DNA of 64,000 nucleotides from Candidatus Hydrogenedentota bacterium (GTDB lineage: Bacteria; Hydrogenedentota; Hydrogenedentia; Hydrogenedentales; SLHB01), in the NCBI GenBank assembly GCA_963745075.1, contig CAVUWV010000036.1, forward strand, positions 1 to 64,000, given 5' to 3'. The notes beneath the pieces were generated by a model, which worked only from the letters and a program-made list of their open reading frames with translations, made no database searches and was not told the origin of the DNA. Shown here piece by piece: positions 38,233-47,573 of this stretch (the first letter of the stretch is position 1; every line of letters starts with the position of its first letter). A program made the translations under genes and the position numbers.

Positions 38233-40542
38233 TTACCGGCCGAAGATATCCGGGCCGGGGGGGAAGGAATCGTAGGGGCCCGCGGAAAAGCTGAGGATGT
38301 CGGCGAAATTCGGGAGGGCGGGGTCGCTGCGCTGGATGCGCCATTCGCCTTCCTGGTTGGTGAAGGTGAGCCAGACTTCCCCACGCTCCGTGCGGGGGAA
38401 CCACGCCGTTTGCCCGGCAAAGCGGCCGGTCGGGTCGCTGATCGCGGCGCCCGTGAACCGGCAATACAGTAAGACGCGGACTTCCCCCTTCGCGTCGTAA
38501 TCGGCGAAGTCCCATTTCCGAAGTTGGCGCGTCATCTTGCAGGCCGAGTACCGTTCGAAAAACCATTGGTACGCCCGTTTCGCGTACTGGAACTGCCACC
38601 ACTGGGGATCGCGGTAGTCGGTGCCGTAGAGGTCCATGACCCCGTCGAGATTCTCGTTGGTGAAGTCGTCGTCCCACTGCTCGATGCGGGCAATGACTTT
38701 TTTGGCGACATCGCGATGGTCGTCGCTGACGCCTTCATAGGTGGGCCACCATGCCTGAGACTCGGGCAGGATACTCATGGGACCTTCGAGGGGGCGGCTC
38801 TGGGCTTGGGCAACCAGATCCGTCAGCACGACTTCTTCATCGATCCGGCTTTCCACCCAACTGAACGCCAGATAGTCGCCGAAATTCACGGTCCCTTCGT
38901 AGGGTTCTCGTTCGTTGGTCAATGCCGTCACGGCATACGCGACGGACTGGGCGGGGTCCACGGACGGGTCGGTCCAGCTTCGCTCGTCGATATTCTTGGC
39001 GACCTCTGTATACTCGCCCGTCGGGTACAACCGCTTGAAGACGTTGTACGACACGTCTCCCTCGCGGAACGGCCACGTCAACGTCACGGTCGTGTCGCGC
39101 CGCTCCGCGTGAACGTCGCGAACGGGCGCCGGGAGCGACGGAATAACAAAAGTCTGTTTCTCGTAGTGGCTCTCGCGCGTGTTCATGACAAACACGCCGC
39201 GTCCGGCCCGCACGATGAAGGCGGAACCCGACCCATCCGGGCCGAGATACTGGTCCAGCAATTCCGTCCAACCCTGGGCCGAAGGCACACTTGCCGGTCT
39301 TACAATTCGGGGCAAGGCCCCGAGCACGTCGGACGGCGCATAGGGTGACATGATAGGCACCCAATAATGACGGCCTGAATTCGGGATAAGTTCCACGATC
39401 TGGCCGGGGCGTTCCATGCCGTAGGCGCCTTTGAGCATAAGCCCCTCATCCCGCACGCCGTCGAGATCGCGCAGGTTGAGCTGGAACTCCTGCGGTGTGC
39501 GCGAAACGCCCAATTGATAGGCCACCCGGATCTTCTCCGCCACGAATTTCTTGTCGGCGATCAACCCGTCCGCGGCAATCTGCCGCAAAACGGGCAAGAT
39601 CGCTTTCGCCCAGTACTGCACGCGGTCCCCGGTCCAGAGATCGCGGTCTTCTGGAAAGGAATAGGCGCAGGCGCCGCCCGACGCGCCGTTTAATACCATG
39701 GCCCGGTACAACGACGGCGGCATCCCCGGTCCGTCGGCCGCGATGCCAAACTCGCCGGGTTCAACCAGGCCGGCGTGCACGTACCATTGCGATGTGGGGG
39801 CGACACCCCACTGTGCGACCGCGCCCTCCAACCACAAGCCCATAAGCGCACCCTGTTGTGCGATGGTCGATCCTTGATCGTGCCCCACCAGTGGGACCAC
39901 GTACGCGCTGCACGCGCGAAACGTATCGAGCAGGGGGCGGCACTGCGCGTTAGCCATCACGTGCAGCCACCCCGTGCCGTCCAGCCGGACTGCGACGAAC
40001 CGGCCGTAACTCGCTGCCAAGTTGGTCGCGCCCGACAGCCACCCTACGTTCGGCGGCATCGCGATGTCATCACCGCCACTGAACGCGTAATACTCGTCAA
40101 ATGCGAGATCGGTGACGTTGATTCCCTTGACGCACGTGAATTGGGCCACCAAATCTTCCAGCAGGTTAAGCGGATAAACTCGCTGCGGATTGGCGTCCGC
40201 AACGTGGACCACCGTGGGGATTTCCGCGTTTTGCAGCGCTTTGAGCAGGTTCGTAAACCGCAGATGGCGCGATTCCGCGTCGGAACCCTGCATGTCGACG
40301 ACGAGCGTTGCGTAGGGTTTCATCCCGTTGGGCAGAGACGCCCACGCGCCGATCACGCGTTGGGTATACACCTCCGTATCGCCCGAACCGCTACCCGGCG
40401 CTTGGAAAAGGAAGAGCGGGTGATAGGCGCTGATCTCTACCGTCAATGGAGGGTAACTCTCTGCACTAACGGTACTTATCGTCAACACAAGAACAAGACA
40501 CACCCCCGCTGCCCGAACGATGAAATCCTTCAAAACCGTCAT
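38233..40542 (-). CDS. Large secreted hypothetical protein: possible GH98-like N-terminal module, FN3-like domain and NTF2/SnoaL-like C-terminal domain
   Basis: Signal peptide. FN3-like VTLTW..YNVFKR..WTD..YAVTAL and C-terminal ENLDGVMDLY...GEWRI. The resemblance to GH98 is weak (GLWL..WG..WY, G...YSF). Confidence 0.55.
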   Translation of the reverse strand: MTVLKDFIVRAAGVCLVLVLTISTVSAESYPPLTVEISAYHPLFLFQAPGSGSGDTEVYTQRVIGAWASLPNGMKPYATLVVDMQGSDAESRHLRFTNLLKALQNAEIPTVVHVADANPQRVYPLNLLEDLVAQFTCVKGINVTDLAFDEYYAFSGGDDIAMPPNVGWLSGATNLAASYGRFVAVRLDGTGWLHVMANAQCRPLLDTFRACSAYVVPLVGHDQGSTIAQQGALMGLWLEGAVAQWGVAPTSQWYVHAGLVEPGEFGIAADGPGMPPSLYRAMVLNGASGGACAYSFPEDRDLWTGDRVQYWAKAILPVLRQIAADGLIADKKFVAEKIRVAYQLGVSRTPQEFQLNLRDLDGVRDEGLMLKGAYGMERPGQIVELIPNSGRHYWVPIMSPYAPSDVLGALPRIVRPASVPSAQGWTELLDQYLGPDGSGSAFIVRAGRGVFVMNTRESHYEKQTFVIPSLPAPVRDVHAERRDTTVTLTWPFREGDVSYNVFKRLYPTGEYTEVAKNIDERSWTDPSVDPAQSVAYAVTALTNEREPYEGTVNFGDYLAFSWVESRIDEEVVLTDLVAQAQSRPLEGPMSILPESQAWWPTYEGVSDDHRDVAKKVIARIEQWDDDFTNENLDGVMDLYGTDYRDPQWWQFQYAKRAYQWFFERYSACKMTRQLRKWDFADYDAKGEVRVLLYCRFTGAAISDPTGRFAGQTAWFPRTERGEVWLTFTNQEGEWRIQRSDPALPNFADILSFSAGPYDSFPPGPDIFGR

Positions 40543-40812
40543 ATACCGAATTGTATGCAACCTGCTAATCACTTCACAAGTGGACTGTATACGCCGTTCC
40601 GAATGCCGAGGCGCCGATCCATGGGGCGGTCGTTCCACCTAAGGTAAATGTCCGAAACCATTGAAAAAGATGCAGTTGAAACATCGTTTTGCGCGTTTGT
40701 AAGCCGTTTGTTGGGTCGAACCAACCTTGAATCATCCCGCAACCCTCTACTACAATGCGCCCTTCCTACTCGTCTTTTCTCGCACTCCAACTGACGGAGA
40801 CGTTCGATCAAC

Positions 40813-42067
40813 ATGGCAGAGGTATGCGGTTTCCGCGCTTTTCGGTACAATCAGGACCGTGTCAGCGATTACACCAACGTGGTGACGCCGCCGTTTGACG
40901 TCATCACTCCCGAGGAGCGGACCGAGCTGTTCGCTCGCAGTCCCCACAATTACGCTCGTCTGATCCTGCCAGACGAGCGGGAAGGCCGGTCGAAGTATGA
41001 AACCTCGGCCGCGGATCTCGAGAGTCTGGATCGCCCAAGGCGTTATGCAACAGGACGATGAAGAATCGTTCTACCTGCTGGAACAGCGGTTTCGAAGTCT
41101 TGACGGGACAGGCTGTGTGCGCCGAGGCTTCTTTGCGGTGACCAAAATCCCGGAGCCGGGAGAGGAAACCGTTCTCGGCCACGAGCGCACTTTCGAATGG
41201 AAGGTGACCGACCGACTGGCCCTGACGGATGCGACGCAAGCCAATCTCGGCGCGGTGTTTGTGCTGTACGACGACCCGAAGCACGCTCTCGGCACTTTCC
41301 TGGCACAAATGGAGCAGCGTCCGGCGGACATGGTTGCCGAGACGATTGACGGCGTGCAGCAGCGGCTCTGGCGCGTGCCCGCCGATCCTGCGGTGACCGC
41401 GTTTTTTGCCGCCAAAAAGCTTTATATTGCCGACGGGCATCACCGGTACCGCACGGCTCACACCTACCGGGATCGGATGCGTCTGAAGGAAAACTCCGAC
41501 GGGCCCCGGGCGTACGATTATGTGCTAATGGGGTTTGTCTCGCTGGACGATCCCGGTCTGTTCGTCTATCCCGCGCACCGGGTACTGGATGAGCCCTCAG
41601 GTTTTGACGAAACCACGTTCCTGAAAAAACTCGAACCGTGGTTTTCAGTCGAAAAAGCGAGCGAACATTTGCCTCGCCAGGTGCAAGCGGAAAAGGACTG
41701 TGTCATCGGCGTCGTCCTGAGAAGCGGCTCGCAGTATCTGCTGCGGCTGCGGGACATGGATCGGGTCGATCTGCTTGGCGATAGTCATGGGCCGGCTTGG
41801 CGGGATCTTGATGTGTCGGTGCTGCACGGCGGAATACTCGAACGCGTGTTAGACCTGCACGCTGATTCCGAGTTTATCTATGAGAAAGACGTTAACGCGG
41901 CGGTGAGTGCCGTACTGAATGGCCAAAAGGGAATGGCGTTCATTCTGCGGAACATGCATCCCGGCCAGGTATGCGCTTGCGCGGATGCCCGAGAATCCAT
42001 GCCCCAGAAAGCCACGTATTTCTTCCCGAAACTGCCTTCCGGCGCAGTGGTGCACCGATTGGTATAG
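40813..42067 (+). CDS. DUF1015 family protein (ParB/Srx-like fold); frameshift near 41026
   Basis: FRAFRY..VVTPPFDVI, HERT, LYIADGHHRYRTA, MPQKATYFFPKLPSG. Confidence 0.88.
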
Positions 42068-42073
42068 CCCAAG

Positions 42074-43570
42074 CTACTTCAGGAGCTTGCGGCCTTCCGT
42101 GCCCTTGATGCCGGTGATAACGCGCTGGAACGCTTCTTCGTCGCTGCACGCGGATACCGCCTCTTCCCGGGTAACCAGGTCTTTCTTGTACAACTCCACG
42201 GCATACTGGTCGAAACTCTTCATCTCCGTATCGACTTCGATGATGTTGTACAGTCGCTGAATGTCGCCCTCGAGAATCGCGTCGCGGACCATTGGAAGGT
42301 TACACAGCAGCAATTCGATGCAGGGGATGCGCCCGCCACCCTTGCGCCTTAGCAGCCGTTGGCAACAGACGCCCTTCAGGGAATACGCCAGTTCCTGGCG
42401 TATGACGTCGCGTTCGTCGTGCGGGAAATAGCTGATGATGCGGTTGACCGTGTCGACCGCGGTCATAGTATGCAAGGTGCTCAGCACCAAGTGGCCGGTT
42501 GACGCGGCGCTGATGGCGGCGCGGATCGTCTCGCGGTCGCGCATCTCGCCGACCAGCACGACGTCCGGGTCTTCGCGAAGGGCGCCGCGCAACGCGTTGG
42601 CAAAGGAGAAGGTGTCTCGCCCCACTTGCCGTTGCGAGACAATGCTCTGCTTGTCCGTATAAACAAACTCGATGGGATCCTCTGCGGTGATAATGTGTGC
42701 GTGCCGCGTCGCGTTGATGTGGTCCACCATGGCCGCCAGGGTGGTGGACTTACCGCTGCCCGTTACGCCGCATACCAGGAAGAGGCCGCGGTGGGCATCG
42801 GAGATGTCGCGGACGTGAATGGGCAGGTCTAACTTCTCGAAAGGAATCGGTTCTTCCGGGATAAACCGGATCGCGAGTCCCATGGCGCCCATTTTGATGT
42901 ACCCGCTGCAACGCAGGTAGGCGATCCCTGCGAGATGGTACTGAAAACTGCTTTCCTTTTCCGTCTCCAACAGATCGACCTGCTGTTGACCCCCGAGCTG
43001 AAAGATGACTTCGCGCATGTCATCTGCGCTGAGCGGCGCCAAATCAAGGGGTTTCAAATCGCTGTCGATCCGCATGTAGGGCGGCGCTCCCGCGCGAAGA
43101 TGGATATCCGAGCCGTTGTGTTTCATCATTTCCTCGATGAGGATATTGATGTTAAATTCGAAACGGTGGAAGGACTGAATGTCCACGTGCCACGACCGGG
43201 ACCGGAGCGTGTGTGCCGCGTTGTCCTGGACGACCTTGTCGACCGGCGCCAACTGCTGCAATTGCGTCCACTCAAAGGGAGGCAGGATCAGGGAGCAGCG
43301 TCCCTCGGTTACCTTGACCTGATTGGGGATTCGCGTTCCTTCGAGTTCGGTGCGGATGGACTCCGGACTTACGCCCTCCTTCAACGGAAATTCGATCCGG
43401 TAGTAGTCGACCCGCTTGCCGAACTCCTTCGACCGGGCCACCATTTCCGTGTGATCGGTTTTGAAGGTTAGCTCGACCGGGACTCCCATTTTGCGGATGA
43501 CTTCATGCACACCGGTGCGGAACACGTCGAGAATCGTGCTCCGGGAATTGGTACCGATAACGAGAGACAT
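42074..43570 (-). CDS. PilT/PilU-family pilus retraction ATPase with a ~130-aa N-terminal extension
   Basis: GSDIHL, GVTGSGKSTT, ITAEDPIE, ALREDPDVVLVGEMRD, GHLVLSTLH. MVRDAILE replaces the AIRNLIRE motif. Confidence 0.88.
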   Translation of the reverse strand: MSLVIGTNSRSTILDVFRTGVHEVIRKMGVPVELTFKTDHTEMVARSKEFGKRVDYYRIEFPLKEGVSPESIRTELEGTRIPNQVKVTEGRCSLILPPFEWTQLQQLAPVDKVVQDNAAHTLRSRSWHVDIQSFHRFEFNINILIEEMMKHNGSDIHLRAGAPPYMRIDSDLKPLDLAPLSADDMREVIFQLGGQQQVDLLETEKESSFQYHLAGIAYLRCSGYIKMGAMGLAIRFIPEEPIPFEKLDLPIHVRDISDAHRGLFLVCGVTGSGKSTTLAAMVDHINATRHAHIITAEDPIEFVYTDKQSIVSQRQVGRDTFSFANALRGALREDPDVVLVGEMRDRETIRAAISAASTGHLVLSTLHTMTAVDTVNRIISYFPHDERDVIRQELAYSLKGVCCQRLLRRKGGGRIPCIELLLCNLPMVRDAILEGDIQRLYNIIEVDTEMKSFDQYAVELYKKDLVTREEAVSACSDEEAFQRVITGIKGTEGRKLLK

Positions 43571-43854
43571 AAAGGACGATTCCTCTATTCGCTGGATTGG
43601 ATAGACGTGCGAAAAATCGCGCGAGTCTAGCATTCGCCGGCGGGACCTGTCAAAAGCAGAATAGTGCGTGCAGGTGAATTCGACGGGTGTGACGGAACGA
43701 TTGGACAAAATCGACTTGGTTCGAGCGCCCGAGTGGTGCGGTTGCTTGTCCGACGCGATATTTGCTACTCTTTTTTGGTTTCGGAAGCAGGCAAACACCT
43801 GCCGTTCCGCGCACTTTTCACACACTTGCGGCGCATTCGTAGGAGTCCCGTTAC

Positions 43855-45900
43855 ATGTTCATCATTCAAGACTTGATGCGTAAGCATCAGCGGCTTTTGC
43901 TCGCGATCATATTGGTCCTGGTCGTGGGTCCCTTCGTGTTGTGGGGAGGCGGCTTTGGCGCCAGCAAACTCGGCGGCGATGAGGCCGGCCAGTCGCAGGG
44001 CATCGTCGTTTCCGGCGACATGACCATCACAGCCGAAGAGTTTCGGGACGCGCTCTATGCGGAACGCGACCGCTTGGCTCAGATGGGCCGAGAACCGACT
44101 ATGGAGAAGATGTTGGCCGACGGGACGGCGCTTCGTGTGCTTGAATCTATTGTAAGCCGCGACATCATATCCAAACAGGCTGCAGCGCAGGGATATGACT
44201 TCGACAAAGCCTTCCTGACCGAGCAGATGAAAAAGATGCAGGAATTTCAGGATCAGAATGGAAACTTCGATCCCCGGGCCTGGAACTCCGTCGTCGAGCG
44301 GGGCGACGTAAACTGGAACGCAATCTATGCCAGTCTTCGCGAGCAGCTTGGCCGCCGGTTGTACATCGAGCGGCTCATGGCCTCCGGGCGCGTTTTGGAT
44401 TCGGAGTTGAAAGAACAGTTCGAGCGCGAAAACACGACATTGAGTCTTCGCTACGTGAAAATCCAGCCGCCCATTGAACCGACGGACGAGCAGATTCAAA
44501 AGACCTACGATGACAATCCCGCTGCGTTCGATTTGCCGGCGAAGCGGAAAGCCGCTTTCGTCACCATCTCGGTTGAAGCCCCGGTTCCGCCGTTAGCCAA
44601 CGAACTGGTGAAGCGCGCGCGCGCCGGTGAAGATTTCGCCGAACTTGCGAAGCAGTATTCGGAGGATGACTCGAAGGAAAAAGGCGGCGATATCGGATGG
44701 GTTACGGAAAGCCTTGCGCTGCCGGAGTATCAGAAGCCCTTGTTTGCGCTGGCTCCGGGTGAAGTCAGCGAACCGGTAAAAGGGCCTGCTGGCTACTACA
44801 TCTTCAAGGTGGACGAGGAACGGACCAGTGAACTGAGCGGACAACGCGACGTGAAGGCCCGCGAAATCGTGCTTCATGCGACCCTGGATCCCGATGAGAT
44901 GAAAGCCCGGCGCGCGAAAGCCGATGAGATTGACACCAAGGCGAAGGAGTCCGGCGACTTGGCCGCTGTAGCGAAAGATTACGGGTTGGACGTGAAGGAA
45001 ACGGACCTGTTCTCCACCGATTCGCTGACCATCGAGAACATCCCCGCCGACGATGCCCGCTCGTTCCGCGTCACCTTGTCGACGTTGGACGATGGCGCCG
45101 TTTCCGACGTAGTTTCCGGTCGCAAGAATCTGTACGTGGCCAAAATCGTTGGATATGAGCCTCCGCAACCCCAGCCGTTGGAAGCGGTTCGCGAAGACGT
45201 GAAGGATCAAACCATTTCGAAGATCCGAAAGTCGCCCGAGTACGCCGCCAAGGTGCAAACCATTGTGAACGAAATCAAGGAAAAAGCCACCGGACTCGAC
45301 GATATTCCCACGATGTTCCCGGACTTGAACGCGAAAGTCGAATCCGTCGACAAATACTCGTTTAAGGACTTCAACTTTGGTAGCGCACCGCCGTGGATGC
45401 CGCGCGATCTGTACGCCGCGGTCGGCGACAAGGAAACCGGGGTGATGACCGGACCTATCAACGATCTTCTTGGCGATGAGTACTTCGTCGAAGTCGCCAA
45501 ACGGACGCCACCGGACGAAAAGATGTGGGCGGATGAATGGCCGGAGGCGGAGAAGTCGATGCGGAAAGTCGCGTACAACATGGCGCGACAGGCCCGCTTG
45601 GACGACCGGCTGCGCGCGCTCCGCGAATCCAGCCCCTATCCGGTCGATCAGGCCGCGTTTATGCAGGCCTTGGGTTTGGGCAATTCGGGCACCGACGCCA
45701 CGACGGCGGAGAAAGAGCTGGAAGGCGACGGGTCCGGCAATGTGCTTCAACTACCAGTCGGCAATGCGGCATCTGCGCCCGCCGAAGCGCCCGCGGAGAA
45801 TGCGCCGGAATCGCCTGCGACCGCCGAACCGGCCGCTCCGGCCGAGGCACCCGCCGGAAATGCGAATACGACCACATCGGAGTCGACGCCGGCCCCGTAG
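43855..45900 (+). CDS. PpiD/SurA-like membrane-anchored parvulin PPIase/chaperone
   Basis: N-terminal TM, SurA_N-like domain, parvulin motif GEDFAELAKQYSED.SKEKGGDIGW..GEVSEPV..GYYIFKV, and an Ala/Pro-rich tail. Confidence 0.85.
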   Translation: MFIIQDLMRKHQRLLLAIILVLVVGPFVLWGGGFGASKLGGDEAGQSQGIVVSGDMTITAEEFRDALYAERDRLAQMGREPTMEKMLADGTALRVLESIVSRDIISKQAAAQGYDFDKAFLTEQMKKMQEFQDQNGNFDPRAWNSVVERGDVNWNAIYASLREQLGRRLYIERLMASGRVLDSELKEQFERENTTLSLRYVKIQPPIEPTDEQIQKTYDDNPAAFDLPAKRKAAFVTISVEAPVPPLANELVKRARAGEDFAELAKQYSEDDSKEKGGDIGWVTESLALPEYQKPLFALAPGEVSEPVKGPAGYYIFKVDEERTSELSGQRDVKAREIVLHATLDPDEMKARRAKADEIDTKAKESGDLAAVAKDYGLDVKETDLFSTDSLTIENIPADDARSFRVTLSTLDDGAVSDVVSGRKNLYVAKIVGYEPPQPQPLEAVREDVKDQTISKIRKSPEYAAKVQTIVNEIKEKATGLDDIPTMFPDLNAKVESVDKYSFKDFNFGSAPPWMPRDLYAAVGDKETGVMTGPINDLLGDEYFVEVAKRTPPDEKMWADEWPEAEKSMRKVAYNMARQARLDDRLRALRESSPYPVDQAAFMQALGLGNSGTDATTAEKELEGDGSGNVLQLPVGNAASAPAEAPAENAPESPATAEPAAPAEAPAGNANTTTSESTPAP

Positions 45901-45930
45901 CGGTTCCGATGGTTGAGATGAATTGGTGTC

Positions 45931-45965
45931 ACGACGCCCCGGTCTCGGCCGGGGCATCGTCTTTC
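45931..45965 (+). terminator. Probable terminator after the PPIase gene
   Basis: Stem ACGA-C-GCCCCGG / CCGGGGC-A-TCGT followed by CTTTC. Confidence 0.5.
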
Positions 45966-46123
45966 GGGTTGCCCATTTGTATCGACATCGAAGCGCCTTT
46001 GATAGGTCATCTCCCAATTCCGGGGACCATGCTTCGATCGAAACTGGTTGCGTCTTGTTTGCATTGGGTAAATCCGTAAAGGAACCGATCTCTCCCCATG
46101 CTTTGGAGATGAACCTTTTGATA

Positions 46124-46261
46124 GGAGGGCGGGTTTTCCAACCCGCCGTGCCAAGCGCTACGGCACGAAGAAAAGACGCATCAAGCGCGCGATTCTCTAC
46201 CGCTTGGTGTGGTGCTACTCCATCGAGGCTCTTGAATGGCTGGTTGGAAAACCCGCCCTCC
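46124..46261. repeat. REP doublet (REPIN-like), GGAGGGCGGGTTT-type
   Basis: GGAGGGCGGGTTTTCCAACCCGCC (46124-46147, +) and an inverted copy with one mismatch (46238-46261). Confidence 0.8.
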
Positions 46262-46384
46262 CTGCATCTGTTTAATCGTGGGGACCGTGGGTGGAACGGT
46301 GAATGGCGTCGGGCTTTAGAGCAATGATAGACTGCACCCGGCACAAACATCGCACCGGACGCCTTGCGGGCGAAGGGGGAGTTC

Positions 46385-47401
46385 ATGAAGTCATCGGAAT
46401 CGAGAAGGACGTTTCTGCAATGGTCCACCGCGTCGTTGGGCATGGGAGGACTCGCGGGCATTCTCGGGTGTACGCCCGCGGCTACGCCACCGACCGCGGC
46501 GGAAGGGGGCAAACGCTACAAAGCGGCCTTCTCGAACACGGGGTTGCAGTCTACGTGGTGCGCCCACGGGATCGATACCGTGAAACGCTGGGGCGACTGG
46601 CTCGGAGTCGACATCACGGTCTACGATTCCCAGTTCACCATCGACAAACAACGGCAGGACATCGAAGACATGGCGTCCAAGGATTGGGACTTCGTCGCCA
46701 TCCAGGCCTACGCCATTAAGACCCTCGAGGAACCGGTCAAGCAGCTCATCGAGAAGGGCGTGCCCGTTATCGACTACGACACGCGGATCGTGCCCGAAGG
46801 GGAGGATATCGGGTTGTGGACGTTCATGTCGCCCGACCACGAAGGTCAGGCCGAGCGGGCCACCGAGATCATCATTCAACACATGGGCGGCAAAGGAAAG
46901 ATCGTGCACACCCAGGGCGCGCTTTCGCACACCGGCGCCCAACTTCGAGCTAAAGGGTTCCACAACGTCGTGGCCAAATACCCCGAGGTCGAAGTCATCG
47001 ACGAACAACCCGGCGATTGGGATATCAACAAGGTCAGCCGCATTTGGGACGACCTTCTCGTCAAATTTCCCGAAATCGACGGGGCGTTCTGTCACAACGA
47101 CGACATGGCCATGGCCGCCGTGCAGGCCGTCAAGCGCGCGGGAGGCAATCGTAAGATTGTCTTCGGTAGCATCGACGCCCAGGAACAGGGCATCAACGGC
47201 GTGCTCAACGGAGACCTCATCTGTTCCGCCATGAATGCCGCGGGTCGCATCCATTGGACCGCGCTCATGGTCGGTTACTACGCCTGCGCTGGGGGACAGA
47301 AGAAGGTAGACGTCCCCGATTTCATCCACATCGACAATCCGGTTGTGGTCAAAGAGAACGCGCCCACGTTCAAGTATCTGATGGAGAATTACTTGATCTG
47401 A
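46385..47401 (+). CDS. Sugar ABC-transporter substrate-binding protein (RbsB-like), Tat lipoprotein
   Basis: SRRTFL Tat motif, ILGC lipobox, KGVPVIDYD, RAKGF, FCHNDDMAMAA, SIDA. Confidence 0.88.
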   Translation: MKSSESRRTFLQWSTASLGMGGLAGILGCTPAATPPTAAEGGKRYKAAFSNTGLQSTWCAHGIDTVKRWGDWLGVDITVYDSQFTIDKQRQDIEDMASKDWDFVAIQAYAIKTLEEPVKQLIEKGVPVIDYDTRIVPEGEDIGLWTFMSPDHEGQAERATEIIIQHMGGKGKIVHTQGALSHTGAQLRAKGFHNVVAKYPEVEVIDEQPGDWDINKVSRIWDDLLVKFPEIDGAFCHNDDMAMAAVQAVKRAGGNRKIVFGSIDAQEQGINGVLNGDLICSAMNAAGRIHWTALMVGYYACAGGQKKVDVPDFIHIDNPVVVKENAPTFKYLMENYLI

Positions 47402-47573
47402 TCGCACGCCGATTGAAGTGGTCCCAAACCGATCCGTGTCCGTCCGTGTGTGTCCGTGTTCACCCCCCTCGTTGCGGTTTTCCCCGGAAATACGCTAGGC
47501 TCGCAAAAACTGTCACAAGGGCTCTTGGGCGGGACGCCCAAGCCACGGGATACGGTGTAAAGGAGAAACGATC

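Noticed and set aside
20712..47462. CRISPR array
   Set aside because: The repeats are 6-10-bp periodic units or REP pairs, not 23-47-bp repeats with unique spacers. There are no cas genes.
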